Positions 10,016 through 17,273 of a stretch of DNA of 32,000 nucleotides are shown one piece after another. A program made the position numbers and the translations under genes. The DNA is taken from the NCBI RefSeq assembly GCF_000023205.1, contig NC_012803.1:1590001-1622000 (forward strand), written 5' to 3'. The notes beneath the pieces are model-generated. The model saw only the letters and a list, made by a program, of their open reading frames with translations, was not told the DNA's origin and did no database searches. The stretch comes from Micrococcus luteus NCTC 2665 (GTDB lineage: Bacteria > Actinomycetota > Actinomycetes > Actinomycetales > Micrococcaceae). Every line of letters begins with the position of its first letter. Within the stretch, counting starts at the first letter, position 1.

Positions 10016-10040
10016 GGCTGCCGTTCTCCTTCACTCATCG

Positions 10041-10095
10041 CTGCCGTGCGCGGCGCGCACGGCAGTGCTGGTCACCCCGGTCCGTGTGGACCGGG
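10041..10095 (-). promoter_or_regulatory. two GC hairpins in the infC-rpmI spacer (possible translational or attenuation control)
   Basis: The first is CTGCCGTGCGC-ggc-GCGCACGGCAG (10041-10065), just 5' of the rpmI RBS on the mRNA. The second is CCCGGTCC-gtgt-GGACCGGG (10076-10095). Confidence 0.35.
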
Positions 10096-10119
10096 CTGGT
10101 CTGCCACGACCCCGAGGGG

Positions 10120-11178
10120 TCAGGCCCGAGGACCGGGCTTGGGGGCACCGCCGCGGGGGGCGGCGGGCTTGGGCGGGGCCGGCATCGGCTTGGCCGCCGA
10201 CTTCGGAGCCGACGACGGCGCGGCCGGCGTGGCGGCGGACCGCGGCTTCGGTGTAGCAGCCGGCGTGGCGGCGGACCGCGGCTTCGGCGTCGCGGCCGGC
10301 TTCGGGGCCGATGCGGGCTTGGCGCTGGAGGCCGGCTTCCCAGCCGGGGCGGCCACGGCCGGGCGGGGAGCCGCCGGGGCCGGGGTCTTCGGCGCCTGCT
10401 TCGTCTCGGCCGGGGCCGGGGTCGTCGGCGCCTGCCTCGTCTCGGCCGGGGCCGCGGAGGCGTTCTCCTGCGTCCGGGCGGCCATGGCCTTCAGCTGCTC
10501 GGGGAACGCGTCCCCGATCGAATTCCGCACCGGGGCGGAGTCGGACGCCGCCTTCTGCGCGGCGCGCTCCTTGGCCTCTCGGGCGGCCTGGTCGCGACGC
10601 GAACCGCCGCCCTGACGCTCGCGGTGGCTCTCGGTCGAGTTCTTGCGCTGGTCCGCGCGCGCATCGGCCTTGGTGCGCAGCGGGCCGACCACCATCACCA
10701 TGTTGCGGCCGTCCTGGCGCGGCTGCGACTCGACGGCGCCCAGCTCGGCGACGTCCTCGGCGAACTGCTGCAGCAGCTTGATGCCGAGTTCGGGACGCTG
10801 CTGCTCACGGCCGCGGAACTGGATGATGGCCTTGACCTTGTCGCCCTGGCTCAGGAACTTCTTGGCGTGGCCGGTCTTGGTCTCATAGTCGTGCTTGTCG
10901 ATCTTCAGGCGGAAGCGGACCTCCTTGAGGACCGTGTTCACCTGGTTCTTGCGCGACTCACGGGCCTTCACCGCAGCCTCGTACTTGTACTTGCCGAAAT
11001 CCATCAGCTTGCACACCGGAGGCTTGGCCGTGGGGGCCACCTCCACGAGATCCAGGTCCGCCTCGGCGGCGAGCCGGAGGGCGTCCTCGACGCGGACGAT
11101 GCCGACCTGTTCGCCGTTCGGGCCGACCAGGCGGACTTCCGGAACGCGGATACGCTCGTTGATGCGGGGATCGCTGAT
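10120..11178 (-). CDS. infC: translation initiation factor IF-3 with long Pro/Ala/Lys-rich C-terminal extension
   Basis: The IF-3 core reads [28 protein letters not shown]...[15 protein letters not shown]...[13 protein letters not shown]. The proposed start is ATC at 11178, 7 nt after GAGGAG (non-AUG starts are typical of infC). No ATG or GTG lies at the conserved N-terminus. Confidence 0.9.
   Translation of the reverse strand: MSDPRINERIRVPEVRLVGPNGEQVGIVRVEDALRLAAEADLDLVEVAPTAKPPVCKLMDFGKYKYEAAVKARESRKNQVNTVLKEVRFRLKIDKHDYETKTGHAKKFLSQGDKVKAIIQFRGREQQRPELGIKLLQQFAEDVAELGAVESQPRQDGRNMVMVVGPLRTKADARADQRKNSTESHRERQGGGSRRDQAAREAKERAAQKAASDSAPVRNSIGDAFPEQLKAMAARTQENASAAPAETRQAPTTPAPAETKQAPKTPAPAAPRPAVAAPAGKPASSAKPASAPKPAATPKPRSAATPAATPKPRSAATPAAPSSAPKSAAKPMPAPPKPAAPRGGAPKPGPRA
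10223..10294. repeat. 36-bp tandem duplication inside the infC tail (encodes [12 protein letters not shown] x2)
   Basis: GCCGGCGTGGCGGCGGACCGCGGCTTCGG occurs at 10223-10251 and again at 10259-10287. Confidence 0.85.
10382..10453. repeat. 36-bp tandem duplication inside the infC tail (encodes APAET(R/K)QAP(T/K)TP x2)
   Basis: 10382-10417 and 10418-10453 differ at 2 of 36 positions. Confidence 0.85.
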
Positions 11179-11505
11179 GGTGCTGCTCCTCTGTGCGAGA
11201 CGACGGGTGATCCCGCGCCCACCGGAGGGGCCCTCGGAAACGAGGAAGGCCTCCCCTGCGCGGACGCAGACGGAGGCCTCGACACGGTCCCGCAGACGGG
11301 ACCCTCGGTGCGGGCTGCGCGCCACGAAGCGGCGGTCCCGACCGGCGACCCGGCAACTCGGTCCGGGGCGAACCGGACATCCTGCTGACGCGGGTGGGAG
11401 AGAGGCCTCCACTTTGCTGCTCTTGGCCCGTGCATGGCCACCCCGGGGTCACCGGATGACGAGGACGTGCGCGGACCAGGAGTGGTCTGTGGGAAGCTTA
11501 CCACC

Positions 11506-11877
11506 ATGACAGACGAACGCCAGGCCCAGGACGTCACCCGCATGGACGCCCCCGCCGAGATCCGCGACATCCACGAGGTCCCCGCCGTCGAGGTCATCAC
11601 GACCACCGCCGTGCATGTGATGACCGCCGCCGCCGTCAAGTGCGGCCTGGCCGACTCCCCCGACGCCCGCGAGCTCATGGATCTCGACGAGGCCCGCAAG
11701 CTCATCACCGCCCTCGCCGGGCTGGTCACGGCCGCGGCGCCCGAGATCGGCAGCCAGCACGCCGGCCCGCTGCGCGACGGCCTGCGCTCGCTGCAGCTGG
11801 CGTTCCGTGAGGCCTCCCCGTTCCCGGACGCCCCGGGCAAGGGCCCCGGCGAGAAGTTCACCGGCCCGGTGAACTGA
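11506..11877 (+). CDS. DUF1844 domain-containing protein
   Basis: VPAVEVITTTAVHVMTAAAVKCGL...DLDEARKLITALAGLV...AGPLRDGLRSLQLAFREAS...GPGEKFTGPV resembles the conserved actinobacterial DUF1844 protein found beside infC. The start is set at ATG 11506 (MTDERQ). Confidence 0.75.
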   Translation: MTDERQAQDVTRMDAPAEIRDIHEVPAVEVITTTAVHVMTAAAVKCGLADSPDARELMDLDEARKLITALAGLVTAAAPEIGSQHAGPLRDGLRSLQLAFREASPFPDAPGKGPGEKFTGPVN

Positions 11878-11885
11878 CCACGCCC

Positions 11886-11933
11886 CCGACGACGACGGCG
11901 CGCCCCCGACCGGGGCCGCGCCGTCGTCGTCGG
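11886..11933. terminator. bidirectional terminator hairpin (17-bp perfect stem)
   Basis: CCGACGACGACGGCGCG...CGCGCCGTCGTCGTCGG has a 14-nt loop that can itself pair (CCCC/GGGG). It lies between convergent genes. Confidence 0.65.
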
Positions 11934-11941
11934 AACCGGGC

Positions 11942-12418
11942 TCAGGCGTCCGTCGAGGCCTCCGGGGCGGGGGCGAGATGCCGGGTGACCGGCGTCGTGA
12001 AGAGGGTGAGCAGCGCGACGCCGGAGACCGCGAGCAGCGGCCCACCCAGAGCAGCGGCGTCCACGCTGAAGAGCCACGAGGACAGGAGCACACTGAAGAG
12101 CTGGATCGCGACGGCGGCGCCGCGGCTCCACGCCCGACCGCGCAGCAGGGCGACGGCGGTCGCGAGGATCCACAAGGCGAGCAGCGCGTAGATGACGATC
12201 AGCATCACGCGGGCGCCGGCCGGGAGCACCCCGTCCGCCGCATGCACCACCGCGTCCACGGCGAACCAGAGGAGCGCGCCCCCCTCGAGCACGAGCGCCG
12301 CGGCGACCACGAGGACGGCCACCGGCAGGCCCCGTCCGGGGCGGGGCGGGACCGTCGTCGCGTCGGCGCCCGACGACTCGGACGGGGCGACGGGGTCGGG
12401 GCGGCGGGACTGTGCCAT
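11942..12418 (-). CDS. hypothetical integral membrane protein (about 4 TM segments)
   Basis: The ORF has hydrophobic segments (LPVAVLVVAAALVLEGGALLWFAV, VMLIVIYALLALWILATAVALL, others). The start is set at ATG 12418, preceded by GGAGAGG. No family was recognised. Confidence 0.55.
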   Translation of the reverse strand: MAQSRRPDPVAPSESSGADATTVPPRPGRGLPVAVLVVAAALVLEGGALLWFAVDAVVHAADGVLPAGARVMLIVIYALLALWILATAVALLRGRAWSRGAAVAIQLFSVLLSSWLFSVDAAALGGPLLAVSGVALLTLFTTPVTRHLAPAPEASTDA

Positions 12419-12620
12419 GGGGCCTCTCCTGCGGACGGCTGCGGGGACGGACGTGTCCCCCACGGTACGCCGGGCGGCGCGCGGACCACGTCCGCGGCGG
12501 CGCCTCGGTCAGGGCGGGATGTGACGAAGGACTCGCGGTGCAGCGCGGTGATGCACCTCATTCACCTCTTGTTCACTCGTGAGGGCCATGCGAGGATGAC
12601 ACGCGAGAGATTTCCGGGGG

Positions 12621-12640
12621 CCGCGTTCGTACGAAGGCGG
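12621..12640. promoter_or_regulatory. 20-bp near-perfect palindrome CCGCGTTCGTACGAAGGCGG (operator-like)
   Basis: Nine of 10 mirrored pairs match, with a perfect TTCGTACGAA core. It lies about 145 bp upstream of the whiB1-like start in a 365-bp divergent spacer. Confidence 0.3.
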
Positions 12641-12783
12641 TCCCCGTTGCAATGACCAGGGTCGCCCTCCGTATCGGTCGTGCCGCGCGTTGTCCGCGCA
12701 GGCCCCCGCGCCCGCCGCCGACGGAGGCCGTGACCACCGGCGCCCGCGGGCTCCGGCTCTTCCGACAGAAAGTGAGCGGACCG

Positions 12784-13032
12784 ATGGATTGGCGCAGTAA
12801 AGCAGCGTGCCTGGACAAGGACCCGGAGCTGTTCTTCCCCGTGGGCAACACCGGCCCCGCCCTCCTGCAGATCGAGGAGGCCAAGGCGGTGTGCCGCTCG
12901 TGTGAGGTCGTGGACACGTGCCTGAAATGGGCCATGGAGTCCGGCCAGGACTCGGGCGTCTGGGGCGGCATGAGCGAGGACGAGCGGCGCGCCATGAAGC
13001 GCCGCGCCGCGCGTGCCCGACGCGCCTCCTGA
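12784..13032 (+). CDS. whiB1: WhiB-family transcriptional regulator, WhiB1/WblE type
   Basis: MDWRSKAACLDKDPELFFPVGNTGPALLQIEEAKAVCRSCEV...C...SGVWGGMSEDERRAMKRR has four Cys, the GVWGG turn and a basic tail. It closely resembles M. tuberculosis WhiB1 as I recall it. Confidence 0.92.
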   Translation: MDWRSKAACLDKDPELFFPVGNTGPALLQIEEAKAVCRSCEVVDTCLKWAMESGQDSGVWGGMSEDERRAMKRRAARARRAS

Positions 13033-13047
13033 CCCACCCGGACCACC

Positions 13048-13074
13048 GGCCCCGTCGACCTCGTCGACGGGGCC
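13048..13074. terminator. bidirectional terminator hairpin (12-bp perfect stem GGCCCCGTCGAC/GTCGACGGGGCC, 3-nt loop)
   Basis: It lies between the convergent whiB1 and pdtaS stops. Confidence 0.6.
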
Positions 13075-13094
13075 GTCCTCAAGCCCGGCCGGGT

Positions 13095-14603
13095 TCACGT
13101 CAGGGGTAGTCGCAGCACGACGCGCGTGCCGCCGTCGTCGGACCGCTCCCAGCGCAGGGTGCCGCGCAGGTCCCCCTCCACGAGCGAGTGCACGATGCGC
13201 AGTCCGAGCCCCGATCCCTCGCCCGCGCGGGGGGGCTCCCCCGGCACCCATCCGTCGGGGGCGGCGGGGCCGCTGTCCGTCACGGACACGACCAGCACCG
13301 TTCCTGCGGGGGTCGACTCGCGGTCGGCGTGCAGGCCCACGCAGCCACCGTCCGGCGCCGTGCCGTGCTCGACGGCGTTGGCCGCCAGCTCATTGAGCAC
13401 CAGCGCCAGCGGCGTGGTCACATGGGAGGGCAGTTCACCGAACTCACCCGTGACCGCGACCTGCAGCGGCCTCCCGTCCCCGGCCACCTCGACGGCCAGG
13501 CGGAACTGCCGCTGCAGCAGACCGTCCACGGGGACCTGGTCCTCGATCTCCTCGCTCAGCGTCTGGTGGACGAGGGCGATCGTGTCCACGCGCTGCATCG
13601 CCTGACGCAGCGCACGCTCCGCCTCGGGCGAGGACGTGCGCCGCGCCTGCATGCGCAGCAGCGATCCCACGGTCTGCAGGTTGTTCTTGACGCGGTGGTG
13701 GATCTCTCGGATGGTCGCGTCCTTGGTGAGCAGACGCTGCTCCTGGCGGCGCAGCTCGGTCACGTCGCGCAGCAGCAGCAGCGCCCCCTGCCAGCCGTCC
13801 GGACCGAGGAGGGGGACGGAGCGCACCGTCAGCGACACCCCGCCGGACTGCACCTCCCGACGTCCGGCACGCAGCCCGGTGAGCACGGCCCACGTCCCCT
13901 CGTCGGTGGGCACGCGGGCGGCGTCGGTGCTGGCCAGGACGTCGGTGAGCCGGTGCCCCTCGAGGGTTGAGGCGATGCCCAGCCGGCGCAGGGCGGAGAC
14001 CGCGTTGGGACTGGTGAACTCGGCGACCGAGTCCGGCCCGAGCACGACGAGGCCGTCCCCCACCCGCGGCGTGCCGCCCGCCCAGAGGCCGGGGGGCTCC
14101 TCGGGCGCCGGCCAGCGGCCATGCTGCATCATGTCCAGCAGGGTGCTGGCCGTCCGGCTGTAGTTCTCCTCGATCACCGAGCGCGCCGGGCGGCCGTTCG
14201 GGTCCGCGTGCGCGGAGACGACCGCGATGACCCTCCCGGCGCGGACCACCGGCCACAGACGCACCTGCAGCGTGCCTCCCGGGGCCTCGACGGGGCCGGC
14301 CCCCTCGGCCCGCTCCCCGCCGTGCCACGTCTGCCCGACGACGGCCCGCAGGTCCGCGCGGGCGCGCGATCCCACGATGTCGCGGTGGAAGAGGGTGGGA
14401 GCGGTGAAGGGCCGGACCTGGGCGAGCGCCACGAACCCTCCGGCCTCGTCGCGGCGGGGCACGGGGCACCAGAGCACGAGGTCCGCGAGCGCCAGGTCTG
14501 CCACAAGCTGCCAGTCCCCCACGAGCCGCTGCAGCCAGGCGCGGTCCTCGTCCCCGATGTCCGGGTGCGACGTCAGGGGGTCCTGCGCGAGCGAACTGAC
14601 CAT
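13095..14603 (-). CDS. pdtaS: sensor histidine kinase PdtaS (GAF/PAS-HisKA_2-HATPase)
   Basis: The 502-aa product starts MVSSLAQD at ATG 14603. IHHRVKNNLQTVGSLLRMQ is the HisKA_2/HWE-type H-box, and LVLNELAANAVEHG and GSGLGL are the N and G boxes. It is adjacent and convergent to whiB1, as Rv3220c is to Rv3219. The 803-aa ORF-track version is an artefactual extension. Confidence 0.88.
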   Translation of the reverse strand: MVSSLAQDPLTSHPDIGDEDRAWLQRLVGDWQLVADLALADLVLWCPVPRRDEAGGFVALAQVRPFTAPTLFHRDIVGSRARADLRAVVGQTWHGGERAEGAGPVEAPGGTLQVRLWPVVRAGRVIAVVSAHADPNGRPARSVIEENYSRTASTLLDMMQHGRWPAPEEPPGLWAGGTPRVGDGLVVLGPDSVAEFTSPNAVSALRRLGIASTLEGHRLTDVLASTDAARVPTDEGTWAVLTGLRAGRREVQSGGVSLTVRSVPLLGPDGWQGALLLLRDVTELRRQEQRLLTKDATIREIHHRVKNNLQTVGSLLRMQARRTSSPEAERALRQAMQRVDTIALVHQTLSEEIEDQVPVDGLLQRQFRLAVEVAGDGRPLQVAVTGEFGELPSHVTTPLALVLNELAANAVEHGTAPDGGCVGLHADRESTPAGTVLVVSVTDSGPAAPDGWVPGEPPRAGEGSGLGLRIVHSLVEGDLRGTLRWERSDDGGTRVVLRLPLT

Positions 14604-16159
14604 GGGATCAGGGTACGGCGACGTGCCGGGCGGCCCGTGTCCGTGGCGTCGCGGGCGGCGTCGGAGGACGCGGCGGCGATGGCCTGCGGGGGCCGTGCGC
14701 GGTGCCGTCCGCGGCGGGCGGGGCGGGTGGGGACACCGGCCAGCGTGGCGAGGGCGCGACGCAGCGGGCTGTTCGGAGCGGCCTCGGCGAGCACCTGGCC
14801 GGCGAGCAGCGCGGGGTCCGCGGCGGCCGGGTCCCACGGCAGGAACGCCTCCAGCCGCGTGGCGGGCGAGGCGTAGCGGTTCCAGACGGCCTCGACCTGC
14901 GCGCGCGGGGCGACGCCGGCGGCCGCGGGCCGGAGCCGGTTGACCACGACGCGCAGCCGTGCCGCGGGGGCCACCTCCGCCAGCTCCTCGACCCCGCGGA
15001 CCAGGCGGGGCAGTGCGACGGCGTCCGGCCCTCCGACCGCGATGACCTCGTCGGCCGCGGCGAGCGCCGCCAGGGTCGCACCGTTGCGCTGTGGGGCGGG
15101 CACGTCGAAGGACAGCTCCTCGTCCTGTTCGAGACCGAACCCGACGTCGACGACCACGCGGTCCCACCGTTCCCTGGCGGCCGCGATCAGCGCGGTGACG
15201 GCGGCGGGGCGCAGCTCCGGCCACCGGTCCACGCGGGTGAGTCCCGTCAGAACCGTCAGGTCCGCGCCGGCGACGCGGACGCGGACGCCCGCGGCCGCCA
15301 GGTCGGCGGCGCCCAGTCGGCCGTGGTCGGCCCGCCGCACAGCCCGCGCCACGCCGGCCGACTCCTCCGTCAGCCCCAGGTGCACACCGACGGCGGGGCC
15401 GTACGTGTCCAGGTCGACCAGCAGCGTGTTCCGGCCGGCCACGGCGTGCTCGGCGGCGAGGTTCACGGCGACGGTGGTGCGTCCCGGAGCCCCGGTGGGA
15501 CCCCACACCACGGTCACCAGCGACGACTCCCGCGCGGGTTCGGCCGGTTCGTCTCCCTCCGGTGAGGGAGCGGGGTCGGCTCCCTCGTCCGCGGTGGCGG
15601 GGCCGTCGTCGGACGTGGCCGCGGCGGGGGCGGCGCCCGGCCCGGCGTCGTCGGGCTCGTCGGCGTCGCGCCAGGGGTCCGTGAGGCCGGGCACCTCGTC
15701 CCCGCCGAGCGTCTCCAGGGTGATCGGCAGGTCGTCGAGGTCCTCGCCGTGATCCCGGGCGTGGTCGGCGTCCTCCCCATGTGAGGTCTCCGGCCGGCGA
15801 CCCTCCGCCGCCGCGCTCGCGGACTCCACGACGACGGCGGCGATCTGCTCAGGGTCGGCGTCGGCGCGCACGCAGGGCACCCCCATGCCGCGGAGGCGAC
15901 GCCGCTCGGCGCGGACCTCGCTGAGCGCCGCCACGCCCACGGGTCGGGGCAGCCGGGCCGTCTCCTCCAGGAAGGCGGTGGTGAGGGACTCGGTGCCCCC
16001 GGCCACGAGGACCGCGTCCACGAGACCGGAGCGGGCGATCGCGAGCAGCTCGGCGAGGTCCTCGGCCCGGCGGAGCACGGTGATGTCCGTCTGGTGCCGC
16101 TCGAGCGGGCCGATGTGGTCCAGGCCCGGCTGGACGGTGGTGGCCAGGGCGATGCGCAC
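14573..16159 (-). CDS. TadZ/CpaE/Ssd-like P-loop protein (MinD/ParA superfamily) with N-terminal atypical receiver-like domain, acidic linker and degenerate Walker A
   Basis: The GTG at 16159 lies 2 nt after the SAF gene stop. The N-terminal region VRIALATT...LVDAVLVAGG lacks the receiver acidic residues. A long Asp/Glu/Pro-rich linker follows, then VVWGPTGAPGRTTVAVNLA in place of KGGxGKT, and LLVDLD (Walker B-like). The 3' end overlaps pdtaS by 31 nt. Confidence 0.7.
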   Translation of the reverse strand: MRIALATTVQPGLDHIGPLERHQTDITVLRRAEDLAELLAIARSGLVDAVLVAGGTESLTTAFLEETARLPRPVGVAALSEVRAERRRLRGMGVPCVRADADPEQIAAVVVESASAAAEGRRPETSHGEDADHARDHGEDLDDLPITLETLGGDEVPGLTDPWRDADEPDDAGPGAAPAAATSDDGPATADEGADPAPSPEGDEPAEPARESSLVTVVWGPTGAPGRTTVAVNLAAEHAVAGRNTLLVDLDTYGPAVGVHLGLTEESAGVARAVRRADHGRLGAADLAAAGVRVRVAGADLTVLTGLTRVDRWPELRPAAVTALIAAARERWDRVVVDVGFGLEQDEELSFDVPAPQRNGATLAALAAADEVIAVGGPDAVALPRLVRGVEELAEVAPAARLRVVVNRLRPAAAGVAPRAQVEAVWNRYASPATRLEAFLPWDPAAADPALLAGQVLAEAAPNSPLRRALATLAGVPTRPARRGRHRARPPQAIAAASSDAARDATDTGRPARRRTLIPWSVRSRRTP

Positions 16160-16161
16160 GG

Positions 16162-16809
16162 TCAGCGCACCCCGTGGGCCGGCACGAGGGTGACCCGCGC
16201 GTCCTTGACCTTCGCGTCCACGATGCGCGGCAGGGTCTCCTCCGGTGTCAGCAGCTGCACCCGGGTGGTGCCCGAGCCGCCGAAGCCGTTCTGCTCCGCC
16301 GCGACCTCGGAGATCTCGAGCGCCTCGGCCAGCCGGGCCGGGTCCGCATGGCCGCGGCCGCCCTCCGCGGGCATGGCCACCCAGACGTCCACGCGGTCTC
16401 CCACTCCCACGCCGGACGGCAGCGGCTCGTCGAGGGCCACCCCGACGGGACGACGGCCGTCCGGGTCCGCGTCCACCAGCGCCGCCGCCGGCAGCAGCTC
16501 GCCAGCCCGGACCGTCCCGGAGACCATCCGCCCCTCCGGAGCCGGGGCATCGGCGCTGAGGTACCGCTCGCCGGCCTCGCTGAGGTTGACCTCCACGGGC
16601 CGCAGGTCCCCGGCCGCGATGGGCGTGCCCGGGGGCAGGTCCTCCGCGGCCGTCCAATACGCTGCGGTCCGCTGGGAGGAGGCGACCAGCGCCACGACGC
16701 CGGCGATCGAGGCGAGGACGAGCACGAGACCGACGAGGAGCCGGGGATCCCGCCAGCGGGGCCGGCGCAGACGGCCGCCCTCGGCGGACGCGGACATGGT
16801 CGTGGACAC
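16162..16809 (-). CDS. SAF-domain protein, CpaB/RcpC-like (single N-terminal TM)
   Basis: The TM segment is LLVGLVLVLASIAGVVALVA, followed by the SAF-like AAEDLPPGTPIAAGDLRPVEV. The start is GTG 16809 (GGGGGA 6 nt upstream) or ATG 16797. Confidence 0.7.
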   Translation of the reverse strand: MSTTMSASAEGGRLRRPRWRDPRLLVGLVLVLASIAGVVALVASSQRTAAYWTAAEDLPPGTPIAAGDLRPVEVNLSEAGERYLSADAPAPEGRMVSGTVRAGELLPAAALVDADPDGRRPVGVALDEPLPSGVGVGDRVDVWVAMPAEGGRGHADPARLAEALEISEVAAEQNGFGGSGTTRVQLLTPEETLPRIVDAKVKDARVTLVPAHGVR

Positions 16810-17033
16810 CGGATGTTCCCCCTTCGGACCGGCCTCTCGGGCCGCCGCGGCCCCGGCACCCCGTCGGTGTCGGCCCCTCCGCGCTGCGCCCAGGGTAACC
16901 ACTGGGGCCGCAGATCGCCGGATCCGCCGCGTACGTTGTGGAAAAGTGTCGCCTCCGGGTGTTCCCGGGGTTGAATGGGTCGACGTCGTGGGCCGCCCGC
17001 GACCGTCCTGGACGCCTCGACCGAAGGAGCACC

Positions 17034-17258
17034 GTGCAGCGCTTTCTCACCCTGACCGACGTCGCGGAGACGCTGAACATCTCCGGTCAGGCCGCCCGCG
17101 CCCTGGTCCGCTCGGGCGAGCTGCAGGCCATCCAGGTCGGGGGCCGCGGCCAGTGGCGCATCGAGGTGTCCTGGCTCGAGGACTACGTGGAGCGTCAGAA
17201 GGAAGTGACGCGCGCCCGCGTCCGGGAGTGGACCGAGGCGGACGCGAAGGCCCACTGA
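17034..17258 (+). CDS. excisionase-family (HTH_17 / MerR-like) small DNA-binding protein
   Basis: The GTG at 17034 is preceded by GAAGGAG. The HTH pattern is LTLTDVAETLNISGQAARALVRSGELQAIQVGGRGQWRIE. It is divergent from the SAF/TadZ-like operon. Confidence 0.7.
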   Translation: MQRFLTLTDVAETLNISGQAARALVRSGELQAIQVGGRGQWRIEVSWLEDYVERQKEVTRARVREWTEADAKAH

Positions 17259-17273
17259 GCCCACACGGTCTGC

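Noticed and set aside
12500-12600. CRP/GlxR-type site (TGTGA-N6-TCACA) upstream of whiB1
   Set aside because: Only half-sites are present (TGTGACGAAGG..., and GTGA-N10-TCAC with the wrong spacing). No acceptable full site was found.
13095-15506. 803-aa version of the histidine kinase ORF
   Set aside because: The N-terminal 300 residues are Arg/Pro/Gly low-complexity sequence overlapping the TadZ-like gene in another frame. The PdtaS-like sequence starts at MVSSLAQD (ATG 14603), which gives the expected length of about 500 aa.
16810-17033. Possible 6C sRNA upstream of the CpaE/Ssd-like operon (6C lies next to ssd in mycobacteria and corynebacteria, as I recall)
   Set aside because: I looked on both strands for two hairpins with loops of 6 or more C. 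C-runs are present (TTCCCCCTT, GGCCCCTCC), but I could not fold them into loop positions of stable stems. A covariance-model search with Rfam RF01066 would settle it.
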